Source: Paraphysomonas bandaiensis (taxonomy: Eukaryota; Protista; Chrysophyceae). From it: a stretch of 64,000 nucleotides of DNA. Below the pieces are notes generated by a model that saw nothing but the letters and a program-made list of their open reading frames with translations, had not been told where the DNA came from and ran no database searches. Below are positions 34,672 through 48,418 of the stretch, piece by piece. The translations under genes were made by a program, and so were the position numbers. The stretch lies in the NCBI GenBank assembly GCA_965644295.1, contig CBFFRP010000108.1, forward strand, positions 287,093-351,092, read 5' to 3'. Within the stretch, counting starts at the first letter, position 1; each line of letters opens with the position of its first letter.

Positions 34672-37339
34672 TTAGAGCTTGTCAAGATACCTATCAAGCG
34701 GAGGGCACTCAGGAGAAAGACCCTTACGTTGGCGGATGGCAGAGATGGTCTTTCCAAGCTTGCTGTCGAGGTCACGGAATGTTCCATTGTCCATGAGAGC
34801 CCAGTGGTCGAACTGGAGCTGTGAAAAGGCAGCACCAGAGGTGGCCTCAGCAAGAGACTGAGAGAAGCCAAATGATTCGGCGACGGGAAGATGGGCTCTC
34901 ATGTTCGCGACACCACCAGCAAGAGCTCCTCCCTCATCGAATACCTGACCACGTCTCATAGAGAGCACATTATAGATAGAGCCAGTGATGTTCTGGGGAC
35001 AAGTAATGTTCACCAAGAAGACAGGCTCAAGAAGGGCAGGAGAAGCCTGATAAATACCGGCGTAAGTCACACGGCGAGAGGTGGGGGAAATCTGTCCCAT
35101 GCCTCTGTGGATGGCATCGGCGTGAAGAGTAACGTCGTTAAGAACCATCTTCAGGCCACGCACGCGCTCCTCGCACAGAGGTCCCTCGTTACAGGCCCAC
35201 TTGAATCCACCCACAACAGAGTCCTTGATTTCGTTGAGGTAAGCCACACCAACAGTGCGCTCGGTGAAAACGTTGGGACCAATCTGGTCATGACCAAAGC
35301 ACCACACCTTCTGGGGGGTGGCTGCCTCTTCCCAACCCCAATTCTCTCTCATGATGCGTGATCTCTCCTTGACGTCCATGCCAGGTCCAACCAAGTTTTC
35401 GTCGAAGGCAGCGCAAATCTCATCAGAAAGAGGCTCAGCCTGACAGAAGAGCCTGTTGTGCTTGTTGGCAGACTTCGATAGTACTTCGCTAGACTGAGTG
35501 GTAACAGTTTCGCAATAGGTAACAACAGGGTCAGAAGTGATAAGAGGGGCACCCTTCATAAAGTCATCTGCGAGATCCTTGAGACAGATCTCGAGGTGGA
35601 GCTCACCGCACCCAGCGATGATGTGCTCACCAGCCTCGGTGGTCTCGCATTTAACCATGGGGTCAGACTTGGAGAGCTTCTTGAGGCCCTCAACAAGCTT
35701 AGGGAGATCAGAGGCGTTCTTGACAGAGACGGCGACACGCACAACAGGGGACACAGCGAACTTCATGGTCTTGATACAGCACGCTGTTTCCTCGTTGGTA
35801 ATAGTACCAGACTTTACCAGGTAGGCATCGACACCAACAAGACCACAGGTGTTACCGGCAGGAATGTCGGAAACAGTCTCAGTGTAGCGACCCATCATGA
35901 TAACGACACGCTGGATGGACTTGGAGAACAAGTCAGTCTTCTTTCCAGGTACGTAGTTGGGACCAAGGATGCGCACTTTCTGGCCAGTACCAACCTTGCC
36001 AGAGAAAACACGTCCAAAGGCAATGAAGCGGTTGTCCGCCTGGGGAACCATCTTAGAGACGTACATCATAAGAGGGGCAGTGTCGGAAGTATCACAAGTG
36101 CGGATAGCAGTAGCGGCAGCGTCATCAAGGGGCCCGTCGTAAAGGGTCTCCACACGGTAGCCCTGAGCAGCAGCAGGAGAAGGGAGGTGCACGACGATCA
36201 TCTCAAGGATAGCGTCGGCAGCAGGGATCCACTTTTGCATGATGCGCTTGAGGAGAGGCTTTCCTGTTAAGGTCTTGCGTTCGTCTTCGGTCAGATTGAC
36301 ACCAACATTCTGGGCCATGTTGAAAGCCTTGGGCACACCTTTCTTGTTTAATTCATTGTCCATGACCGCCTTGAACATGGACATGATAGGGTCCATAATG
36401 AATGCAACGAAGGAACGCTTGGATCCTGTGGCCTCATCAACACCACGGTTGGTGTTAACAGAAGGAGAGTTGATCCACTTGTTCTGACCATTGACGGTGG
36501 CAAAGACCCAGTCACCCCAGAGCTTCTCAGTCATCTTCTTCTCAGTGGTCTGGAACTTAGTAGCGTACACACGGGCGAAGACCTTAAGAGTGAAGCCCCA
36601 CTGATGGAGACCAGACCCAAAAGCAACAGTGCCGTGAGTGGGGTCGACCTGCCAGTTCTTATCACCGAAGCGGTAAGACTCGATGATAATGTTGACGTTC
36701 TCAATAGCAGAACGCATATTCTGGTAGATCTCCTCACCAGTGAGCTGAAGCTCGAGGAGGGCACGGTCAACCTTGTTAACCATGAGCACGGGCTTAACAC
36801 GCTCAGTCATGGCCTGACGAAGCACAGTACCGGTCTGGACAGCGACACCCTCAATAGTATCGACGACGACAAGAGCACCATCAGTCACACGAAGAGCAGC
36901 AGTCACTTCAGAAGAGAAGTCAACGTGACCAGGAGAATCGATCAAGTTAATGAGATAAGAGTGCTTGCCGATTTCGACATCAGACACACCGTCCTCAGTG
37001 AGAACCTCCTCTCCCTTAACAACCTCACCGGCCTCCATGTTGTACTCAAAAAACATACTGATACCAGTGGACTTGATGGTGATACCTCTCTCCTGCTCAT
37101 CTGCACGTGTATCCGTGTATCTCGCAGTACCTGCATGTCTGGCAGAGATGATACCAGCCTTACAGACGAGAGAATCAGTCAGAGTAGACTTGCCGTGATC
37201 GACGTGAGCGATCACAGACATGTTTCTGATGTTGTGCTTGTAGTCCATGATGGACCGCATCTGATCGGCTGTGAAATTCACCTGACATCATAGGAGGGTT
37301 AGAGGGTTGCAGGGGGAACAACAAATACACACTGACCAT
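34672..37339 (-). CDS. EEF2: Eukaryotic translation elongation factor 2 (870 aa; intron 37282-37336 immediately after ATG)
   Basis: M|[57 protein letters not shown], diphthamide loop LHADAIHRG and C-terminal YLDKL. Confidence 0.99.
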
Positions 37340-37611
37340 TTTTCAACAAGTAAATCGTGAATTGCTATCTATTCTATGCTGAGTTGGAGATTATAACTGA
37401 GAGATATGATGGAAGTATGTGTCCATCCACACACACTCCCCCTCCATAGCATCCACATACACACACGCGTATATCATATCCACCCATGAGCATCATTCAA
37501 CGCAAACTTTTCTGCTGGAACCATATAATAAAGAAAGTATCTTGGATAGACATTTTCAGTTTTTGATTAGGACCTTGGAGTTCTATGATTGGTGGACTCA
37601 TCAATATACAG

Positions 37612-39058
37612 CAGTCAGCTCGCGATATGGAAAAAATGTCCGTGGGGAAATGAAATAGGCTTGGTACGGAGTTTTTAAGCCAAAACCCCCGATTTTATAT
37701 AAAATATTTTGGGTGACTTTTGTGAAAGTGATGAGAGAAGTTAGCAATATGCTGGATACTGCTGTATGTGTACAACACACAACACATTCATGTACGCTGC
37801 ACTTACTTTGCCTCATATTTTCGACTGCTGTACGTAACGATGTCAGCTGAATGCAGCATCAGTACCAAGCGCAAGAAATCTTTGAGTAGTTTCTCGGATG
37901 TGCAGAAATGTGAAAGAATATAAAGAGGGTCATTTTCACAGAATTACATTTCTGCACATCCGAGAAAGTGTCGAGAGGTTGCAAAGGAATCATGTACGGT
38001 TTGAAACCACATATCCGTGACTGTATGAATATACTGGATGATGTATGGAAAGGTGGACGGTATTGCAGTAGTTTAACAATTGGAAGATGCTGGCGCAAAG
38101 CAAATTGTTTACCACTTCCAATGCAGCAGCAACTCATTAATGAATTCGGCTCAGCGGATAGAAATATAAATAAGATATCTGACAACGATCTCGCTTCAAT
38201 GTGCAACCTACTGTTAGCTCTGTGTATCAAAGTTAAGGAGCTTTCGGATGTGCCTGATACGGTTTCAGGAATTACTGAGATGAGTTCTTATACTCCCGAA
38301 CAGCGAGCCAGCGCAGTGGAGTTATGGTGTAATGTTGAAAATGATCCATTGGTTGTCGAAACTGAAATTGAGGAATCTGTTTCTGTTCTCCGCAGATACC
38401 AATGGTGGATGATCATTGTCAAACTGACACGAATATTGACCGTACGACTTTATCTAAGGTAACTTTGAATCAATTCAATGCTATGCGTGTTGTATAAGAC
38501 TTTACCATGGAAAGTAGCGGTGAGAATGCTGATACCTTGCACTACACGTTTGTTAAGACCGCTTCCAAAGTGACTAAGCGTTACTTAGAGAAGCGCAAAA
38601 AATCTCGTCACAACGAACGATACGGCAATTTTTCTCGGTGAAGAGATCTAATTCTACACTATAACAGCGTTATGTAGTGACTATGTTATACAGCTATTCT
38701 GCGTAGTTAAGAGCTGAGAACGCATTCTTATCATGTAATAACAAGGATTTCCACATAATTAATCTGCAGTGCCGTAATAGAAAACTTTCCAGCCTTGAGC
38801 ACAGTACCCTGCCAAATTGAAGTGTGAGATACGGAATTTTAAACATACTTAGGGGTTTTGAGTATAAATCCGTGGTTTTAATATCCAAAACTGAGTTGTA
38901 CGCAAAATATCTGTTTTTTTCACAACAACTGGGCTTTTTACAATAAAACCTGTTTTAAAAAAATAAAAACCGGGGTTTTAAATGGTAAAAATCCGTTATT
39001 AGAAATAGTAACCCTATGGTACAATCCATTGACCATTGACCATATCGCGAGCTGACTG
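37612..39058. mobile_element. Tc1/mariner-superfamily (pogo/Tigger-like) DNA transposon, non-autonomous deletion derivative, ~1.45 kb
   Basis: Perfect 19-bp TIRs: CAGTCAGCTCGCGATATGG (37612-37630) and CCATATCGCGAGCTGACTG (39040-39058). TA follows the right end and TA-CAG precedes the left end. Subterminal AAAACC/GGTTTT repeats are present. Confidence 0.82.
37968..38462 (+). pseudogene. C-terminal remnant of a pogo/Tigger-like (DDE_1) transposase
   Basis: LDDVWK...LTIGRCWRKANCLP resembles the W...TI.nCW.KagI motif after the pogo DDE domain. The N-terminal HTH and catalytic core are absent. Confidence 0.6.
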
Positions 39059-40428
39059 TACCGTTATCACACATAGTTCATACACATGCATCATGGAGAG
39101 ATGGTGTGCATGGAGATAGATACATATATAGATAGATACAGCAGCATATACTCAATGATGATGCATAGTCCTGTTGTTGCCGTTGAAAATGATTGACCAT
39201 TCATAAATTAGAGGATAGGTCCATGAATATCGAGTCTTCTATCGATATCCTATATATAGAGAGTTATATCAGTCACAGTTATTAGAGTTAGCAGTCGCAA
39301 TGACTTCGAGGTATATTCGTAAGTATGATTATTATTCCTTTACTATTAATCGATGGAAGTCTCTAAGTGAGTTAAAATGAATGATAATAATTGAGCACTA
39401 AAAGTAAAGTGGATATTATTTATTTACTCTATGCTTTTCTTCGTAAGTTGATATGTTCTATTTTAATTCATTTTTACTTGAAATGAAATGACTTATTTGT
39501 TGCTAATAACCGTTTTAGTACTTTTTAACAATAAAACATGCTTTGATAGAGAAGTGGTGCTGTAGTAACAATCCTGCCCACTACAATTTTGCTTAATATA
39601 TTTGATTTCTGCATTTCAAATAAATATAGCCTCACAGTGTAAAATATACATTGTATTGAATAACGTTTACACTCTCATTTCGACATACTAGTTCTATATC
39701 TATTGATAAGTATTAATATTGTTGTTCTCAACAGTTCAACGCTCCAAGTATTCATAAAACTGGTTACTATTGTGCATGCGTACACTAGCATTACATCTAC
39801 TCTCGGTTTGACTGAAACACACACCAAAATAATGACACAAGAGGAAAGGTAGCTAGATATTCTAGCAGCTTCTTTGCGTGTGCGCCCCAGAAGAGAGTTA
39901 TTGTTCTTTTTGTTAAGAATTCCATAAGATCGATAAATCGCTGTTAACGGCAATACTATAGTGTTGTTCACGGTAGTGAACCCTCAAAGTCGAGGTAATA
40001 CCAAAACCTGGTGAAATTTTTGGTGATGGTCGGAAAAGGGTATAACTATGCACAATAAGTAACTATGAAGTTAATAACAGTATGAAAAGTATTATTTATA
40101 ATATTTTTTACTAATTTCTTCCATATTACTTTAGTTTTACAGCAATAAAAGTCACCGACTACACACATATATTATACTGTTCAAGCTATTCCATCAAGCA
40201 TAATATATAGCTATTATTCTTTGTTCGATACCCCACTACTACGTCGACGTTTTCCGGTCACAACATTCTCAGATGAGAGAGGGCCTTGACCCACCCATTC
40301 TGTTGTAGGCTCTGTCTCTATTTCTCATTGCTGTTTTTAGTCCTTTTCTTTGACGAAGTTACTGTATAATATATAATATGTTATAACATTTACATAATAA
40401 TCATATTATTATTATATAAACTAACCTT

Positions 40429-41130
40429 TTATGTGTGCCTCAAGTAACTTGCCGCTAGATTGTTGTCATACTGTCCATCATTATATTTGATATCGTAAGT
40501 ATTGTCGCTGTGTACCTGAGTATATATATCTCTTACATTTATTGATTAAATATATGTGTTACACATGTCGTTGCTTACCTCAGAAATAATACCTCTTAAA
40601 TTGTGTATGTTAGAAACTAGTTCACCAACTGCGAATGTTGGTGACGAACGATGACAATCTGATTCTGGGTCTGACACTTGTTCTTCAGCCTCAGAATCAC
40701 TTCCTGTTAAACGGGTTGCATTGATACGCTCCTGCTCCTCCCTCTTCCTAGCAGCAGCATTCTTCCTGTTGATCTCACGTCGTGCTTCTCGTCCAATGTA
40801 CGGTGCATTGAGCACACCTCTCGGTTCGTCAGGTAAAGATCCATCTGACTCTTGAATAACTAATCGTGGAGGGATGCGCTTAATTGCAGCTGAGTTGTGC
40901 CCGCTGTATTGAACAGTGGGTTGTGCTCTAACCGTCCTTATACATGGACGGCCACAAAGACTTCCTGTTCCCCGTTCACGTGCTTCAACATGCATTTCTG
41001 ATACACCTATTCCACCAAAAAGTCTAGTTCTAAATGGATCATATACACCACCGCCCTCAAAACATACTGGCTGCTCATATTCATGCCCGGGTCTGGAACT
41101 ATCCCACCACTTGTAGTTATAAAATGTTGA
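40429..41130 (-). pseudogene. Gene fragment with C-terminal Tudor/SH3-like motif, abutting the structured element (possibly 5'-truncated)
   Basis: The open frame runs up to the element boundary. Intron 40516-40578 joins FAVGELV...RGIISE to VHSDNTYDIKYNDG. Confidence 0.45.
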
Positions 41131-41634
41131 CAACAAAGTCGGACTCGCACCTTTTCGTGGTGTTCTGGGGGATAAGTACAGGAGAGATTCTCTCTGGGAA
41201 ACTAACGTGAGCCGCAAACATAGTCAGCAGATATTCTTCTGCCCACGCATAGCCGAATGCTTGTGTGGTACAAGGGACACCAATAAGCGGCATCACTTGT
41301 GTAGACGTCTTTGGGTCCTGACGAATAAACAGGCATCCGGGAATGGGCCCACCTCAAGGGCATCCGGGACAGGGCCCACCTGAAGGGTAACCGAGGTATT
41401 GGGCTGCCTGCTGAAGTCAAGCATCCGGGATGTTCGCCTTAAGAACTCAGAGCGGAAGTGGTCACACCTTGGTGCTTGCGGCGACGCACAAGCAGCTTCC
41501 GTAGCGTTAAATAGTAGGATAATAAAGTGTGTACTGATTAGTTACAGGTAGAGGTCTAACTAGTTTGTCTAGCATACATCCAGCTTGGTGCAGGTTTTTA
41601 ACGCCTATTGCTAATAATAAGACTTTCAATATAC
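41131..41634 (+). repeat. Dispersed structured non-coding element, copy C (contains an internal ~27-bp tandem duplication)
   Basis: Near-identical to 17167-17642. GGCATCCGGGA..GGGCCCACCT.AAG is present twice at about 41332-41386. Confidence 0.9.
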
Positions 41635-41778
41635 ACGGTAGAGAATCAACTAACAGTGTCTTTATTAAATTCAAATATCCACATCATTTATTTGATGTTT
41701 CAAGGATACCTCTTGTAGATATATACAATACCTTTCCATTTAATACATTGACAGACACAACTAGATTAAATATTTCAA

Positions 41779-44291
41779 CTAATTGTACTCTCGAATCCAA
41801 GTCAGACATGACGAGAAGAATAACGTCACAATACCACCTATAATAAAAGCATACAACAAGGTGATACGATCATGTTGAGCCTCTCTATCATTCTGTGTAC
41901 TATCAAAATATTCCTGTGACCTGTTGATCGATTTCGGGTCCTTTCCGTCCAATGTACCATTGCTATGATCGGCGCGTGAGCCCTCCTGCATCTCGATGAT
42001 TTTACTCTCCATCTTTTTTATGGCTTCATTCTTTTCTTGTAGTGTCAAAGTAAGCGTGCTCAACTCGGACGACAACGCTTTGATAGTTTTTCGATCGACC
42101 TCTTTTGATGCCTCCACTGCTTCCTGAATCATCTTGTTGATACTTTTCTGTGACCTCTTTTCTTCCCTATGAGACAAATCATTGGATAGAGTATTAGAAG
42201 TATCGGTGTCTCTAGAGCGCTGTGGTACACTTTTCGCATTATCCCGCGAGCTAGCCACAGACTCATCTCGACTGGATGTGCCCAACTCCTTGTCTGTCCG
42301 CTCTATAAGTTGTGACAGACTTTTTCTCGATGTAGCAGGAACATCATGCAAATGTACGTGATTGTGCCCTGATGAGCTGCGCTTGGATAGCAGACGCAAG
42401 TACCTCATATCCTCCTGGCGAAGTGAGAGATCAAAACAACAGCAACAACACTGCATATAACTAGATGTATACCATCCTACAAAATCAAGGAGAACACAAA
42501 CCACATATTACCTGCATCTTCTGGAATTGCTTTTCATAAGCAGCAACCATGTGCGTCAACGATTCACAGAGCTTCTGGGTTCTCTCAGCTTCTCCAAGAC
42601 CTTCACCGGACGAAGTAGAATTTCTAGGTACAGGCGCTTCTTGAGCATTCTCAGTATCCCTCAAGCCCATTCCGATGCCATCAGAAGTATCATCACAGGC
42701 ATCTAAGAACTCATCATCACTGGAGCCACCACCAGCTGTCCCTACACGCACAACTCGCACCCCTGCTGCGCGTCGACTGAGCTCCTCAGAGACAGAGAGT
42801 TTATGTGGTTGCATCAGGGCGTCGAAGAGCTGGGCATCTAGCTCACTCACTCGTGCAGTGAGGTCAGCGTTCTTTTCACGCAGTTGTTGGAGATCCAACC
42901 TGCGGGTACAAAAACAAATACATAAAAGTCAAGCATGGTTAAATGACACTACATCTAGAAAACTGCCACAGAGGGCTATACATATCCGATTTACGGCAAA
43001 AAGTACCCATATATTAGCAGAACTAACAAGAGATAACCGACCTGCACTCTCTCAGTTTTCCCTGGAGAATTACTTTGTCTGTTGCCTCTGCTCTCTCCAA
43101 CCTCTCCTGAAGCATAGCTATCTCAGCCTTCAGTTTATTTAATGTGTGCATATTTCCTCTAGGTGGGAGATGTTCATCCTGTGCTCGCTGTCGTCTGGTA
43201 GACTTCTTTCGGCGCATGCTACTGGTGGCACTGATAACGCTTACATTGTCCCGCAACGCCCCCCGACGTTCGTCCCCACCAGATGAAATGCTATCATAGT
43301 CGTCACCCTCCGAGACTGAGAGCGAGACCTCCGCCTCTGTTGACTCCGAATGAATCTTTTCTGGGGTGATAAGAGGAGGGTCAACTACCGAATCAGATGC
43401 AAAAACAACGGGAGAGTCAGGACGGTGCACAGCGTGTCCCGATACGTTTCGAACAGAACGGGACATGAGGGCATGTACTATTTGAGGCATGAGTACACCT
43501 ATAAGAATATAAACAGAGATAAGAACATATATAATACATGTCGCAATAGATAGTACATCATCAAATTGACATAAAGACTGTCGTACCTCTAATATACTCC
43601 AACAATACACATTCCCTCCAGGGTCCGGGCGCATAGGCCATGTACTCATCACACATCTTATTAAACTGTTCAATAACTGCTTGACCTAGTTCTGAATCAG
43701 ATATTGAATCCAAGAATTGTTTATCCGTCAATATACTATTTTCATTCGACACCCATCGAGTAACAAGCCTACAATAGCTGGAGTTCTCAACAGCGTTACG
43801 ACGAAGGGATTCCACAACTTCAATATCCAGCCTGTCCCTAATTCTTCTAAATTCATCGTTTTCAATCATATTCTTCAATGAACTCGATTTCATTAGTGAC
43901 GATGTGTAGGCAGACAGATATGTGGTGATTACAGTAACAATATCTGTGGCCACGAGTTCAGTTATGCTCATATGAGAGTCGTTCTTATCATCGTACAGGA
44001 AATACTCATACTCCACCCCATTCAGATCATTCTTCACCGAATCTTTCCCTTGTGCAGTCCATTCGGGAGCCAAGTACTGAGAGAGGGAGTCAAGCTCACT
44101 AGTAAACAGCTCTTCTACGTGTTGATCAGCCATAGGGATGAATCGAACCACTGCAGATGGTGATTAGTGCTGACAATGGCAGGACATCACGCACGTATAG
44201 ACAGCTGATGTGAAGACGTGACGACCACAAATGTAAGCCTTTAGCAAGTGATTATGACCATTATATGATGGCATTGTGCTTACTTTCCCAT
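41779..44291 (-). CDS. Multi-exon coiled-coil protein with a C-terminal transmembrane helix (tail-anchored-like)
   Basis: A chain of minus-strand ORFs joined by short introns. Predicted start is MGK|LTFVVV. Heptad segments are present and the C-terminus is ITLLYAFIIGGIVTLFFSSCLTWI. Confidence 0.7.
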
Positions 44292-44446
44292 ACACTCAGC
44301 CGTGTCTGTGTATGTTACGGTACGTGCAGTACAGCAGCACAACCATATCAGTACGCTTTTTTTTTGTATGTTGCACTTCTCGAACATATAGAGCTCCACG
44401 TATACATACCACTGAACAGTATCTTCGAATACCGGAATACACTGAT

Positions 44447-45451
44447 CATACATACATACATACATACATACATACATACATACATACATACATACATACA
44501 TACATACATACATACATACATACATACATACATACATACATACATACATACATACATGCATACATACATACATACATACATACATACATACATACATACA
44601 TACATACATACATACATACATACATACATACATACATACATACATACATACATACATACATACATACATACATACATACATACATACATACATACATACA
44701 TACATACATACATACATACATACATACATACATACATGCATACATACATACATACATACATACATACATACATACATACATACATACATACATACATACA
44801 TACATACATACATACACACATACACACATACATACATACATACATACATACATACATACATACATACATACATACATACATACATACATACATACATACA
44901 TACATACATACATACATACATACATACATACATACATACATACATACATACATACATACATACATACATACATACATACATACATACATACATACATACA
45001 TACATACATACATACATACATACATACATACATACATACAAACATACATACATACATACATACATACATACATACATACATACACATACATACATACATA
45101 CATACATACATACATACATACATACATACATACATACATACATACATACATACATACATACATACATACATACATACATACATACATACATACATACATA
45201 CATACATACATACATACATACATACATACATACATACATACATACATACATACATACATACATACATACATACATACATACATACATACATACATACATA
45301 CACACATACATACATACATACATACATACATACATACATACATACATACATACATACATACATACATACATACATACATACATACATACATACATACATA
45401 CATACATACATACATACATACATACATACATACATACATACATACATACAT
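44447..45451. repeat. (CATA)n array, ~1 kb, with a few variant units
   Basis: Directly visible, between two divergent genes. Confidence 0.99.
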
Positions 45452-45545
45452 TATACGTCTGATCTATTGTGTGTGTCCATCCTCCTGCTTACACAATTCC
45501 AAACTATCTCGTCAATAGTAAGAGTCATCCCAATAATACACACTA

Positions 45546-48418
45546 ATGTCCTCAGAGCCCCGCGCCCTCCCTCTGGTAACAGTGGATAGTGACGGGAAGT
45601 TCATCGTCCACAATGAGACTCTGTCTGTCATGCAACAGCAGTCTAACTCTATCGGTGTTGTCGGTGTCGCTGGACTCTACAGAACTGGCAAGAGTTATCT
45701 CTTAAATTTATTAACCGGATGCGGCTCTGGGTTTGAAGTCGGCTCTACAGTGAATGCTTGCACGAAAGGTTGATATGCTGAGAAGTCTGTGTGCACTTCT
45801 CCCCTTATGTGGGTGTGTATACAGGGATTTGGATATGGAGTGAGCCTACTTACAATGCAGAAAAGAATATATATGTGTACTATATGGATACTGAAGGGCT
45901 GGGATCAACAACTCGGACCAGCACGCATGATAGGTGAATATGTTCCACCCCTCATATCTGCTCTAACTATATCATCTTCTTTTCAAGCCGGATTTTTGCG
46001 CTCACGCTACTTCTGTCTTCATACTTCATCTACAATTCAAGAGGGTACGTTCTGTATGTGGTCACGGGCTTGTTTTAGCCTTTCCTGTTCTACTTCAAAA
46101 TGTATGTAATGTTTTTTACAGGGTGATAGACGGACAGGCTCTAGAGGATCTGTCTCTTGTGGCGAGTTTGACCAATGTTATCCAATCAAAGTCAAGTGGT
46201 GCCGTTTCCGATTCTAACAGTGGCATCGGGGGTGCTTCCCACGATAGCTACTTTCCTATCTTCGTTTGGGTATTACGTGACTTTACATTGAAGCTAGAGG
46301 ATGATAAAGGCAAAAAAATAAATAGCAATCAATACCTTGAAAACTGTCTCAAACCTCAGAGTGGATTCAGCGAAGCCATTGCAACGAAAAACCAAATAAG
46401 GAGGCTTATCACTGACTCGTTTCGTGAGAGGGAGTGCGTCACACTAGTGCGACCGGCAGAGGATGAAAATGTAATATCTCAACAGCACAGCCCTGTAGTA
46501 TTCATTAGAAGCTTTCTTTTGTATACTAACTTATACTTGTCGTTTTACTGCCTCGCTATTGCATCTCCCATTGATGACATTTCTCACAGGTGTTACGGAA
46601 TCTCTCACAATACAGTCTTAACGATCTTCGCCCAGAATTTCACAAGCAGGTGAGCATTTCTCTGTTACATTGGTATCAGTACTGAATACTGTTATACGCA
46701 TACTAATATTATTTTGCAGATGAAATCTTTTCTCAATCGAGTGTCAAGCAACGTGCGTCCGAAGCAAGTGATGGGACGATCTTTGAACGGAGAAATGTTT
46801 GCTACACTGGTCGAGTCGTACGCAGAAGCGCTAAATTCTGGAGAAGTTCCTGAAGTTCACAGTGCTTGGTCGCGAGTCATATCCACGCAATGCGCGGAGG
46901 CGAAACAAGCTGCGATGGAGAACTACGATAAAACTTTGCCTCAGGTTATTCACAAAGCGAAGCGTGGGGACAAAGGTGCCGAGGGAGCAGATAAAATGCT
47001 GCTAGAGGAAGTGTTGCCAGTGGACTTGGAAGTGCTTATGCGATGTCACGATGAGGTGAAAAAAGGGTGTAAGGAGATATATAGATCTAAGGTGAGCTCG
47101 TCTTAACTATACTGTATTATAATATATACACAGCTAATGGACCCTCATGAAGAAACTGCTCATAAAGTATCAGGACAGCTTAAGTCAGAGCTCAGACGAA
47201 AGGCGTTACAAAATTTGCAGAGTAATAACCGAATCAGTAATACCAAATCAACAGCGGCTGTGAATTCATTGTTAGATGACATTTTGTCTTCCAAGCAGCT
47301 GTCACACTGTAAAAGTATTGGAGCCCCCAGGGGAGAGGAGTCAAGTGGACTAGGATCTATTATGGAAAAATTGAATCAGTACAAGAAAGCCCTAGATGAA
47401 CTGGACCGTATGGTAGACCTACCCACCAGTGGGCCTACCCAAAGCACTGCAGGTGATGGTATTTATTGTTTCAAGTGTGCATTATCTTATAGGATGATAT
47501 TGTGTCATATCTTCTGCAGTGTGGGCGGTTCAGAATAGTGCCATGTCGGGTAGAATTCTCGATGAAGTGAGCACATGGGCTTCGAGTGTAGCGGATAGCT
47601 TCCGCTCTGCCGAAACTAAGGTTACTGCAGAACTGCATGAACTTGAGCTTGGCATATCAACAGTGAAAGCGACTCTCTCTGCGAAGCGCACGATGTTGGA
47701 GAGACAGATTGCATCCAATGAGCGTGCGGAAGCTGAACTCAGGGAAAGGATTGCTGACGAAGAGGACCGTTTTGAGAAAGATATTAAGCGAAAAGATGCC
47801 GAGAAAAAACGGTACGAAGAAATGCTGCAGGACATAGTTGAAATGCACAAAGCTACCATGGTTTCTTTGACCGCGCGCCAGAAAGATTTAAGGACCCAGC
47901 TGGAGGTGGAACGGGAAGCGGCTCTGTCTGAGCAACGTAAACTTGGCGCTGATCGAACAGCCCTTAAGACAGAGACGAAAAACGCAGAAGAGCAAAGGTC
48001 ACAGGAAGCAGACAAACTTCAGGAAAGTATAGATAAGCAGGAAGCACATATCAAGCAGTTGCGACAAGAGTTAGACCAGTGCGGAAATCAGCATAAACGT
48101 ACATTGGCCCGTAAGAAGGAAGAGTATGCTGAGAAAATGAAGAACGAGATGGTGGATATTGAGAACGAAAAGGAGCGATTGAAGAGACTTCTAAAGCTTG
48201 ACTATAACCAGGACGAAACAGCCAAAAAGAACGAGGTTAAAGAATTAGAAGAACTTGTTCGCATCAAAGAAGACTCTCTGCGGAAGCTCGGGGTAGCTGT
48301 TGATGCTATGGTTTTCGACTCTGATCTGGGTACAGGCAAGGCACACTTTATGCAGAAACAATCTCAGAAATCAAGTACCACAAAGAAAAAGCAAGATAAA
48401 GGATGCAGACAAAGTTAG
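45546..48418 (+). CDS. Guanylate-binding protein (GBP/atlastin family) with long coiled coil and polybasic-CaaX C-terminus; multi-exon
   Basis: P-loop GLYRTGKSYLLN, CTKG|IW, DTEG, FVWVLRDF and YLENCL. The protein ends KKKQDKGCRQS*. Confidence 0.92.

Noticed and set aside
34891-37293. Long antisense ORFs overlapping eEF2, and similar ones over other genes
   Set aside because: These are shadow ORFs produced by strong codon bias on the coding strand.
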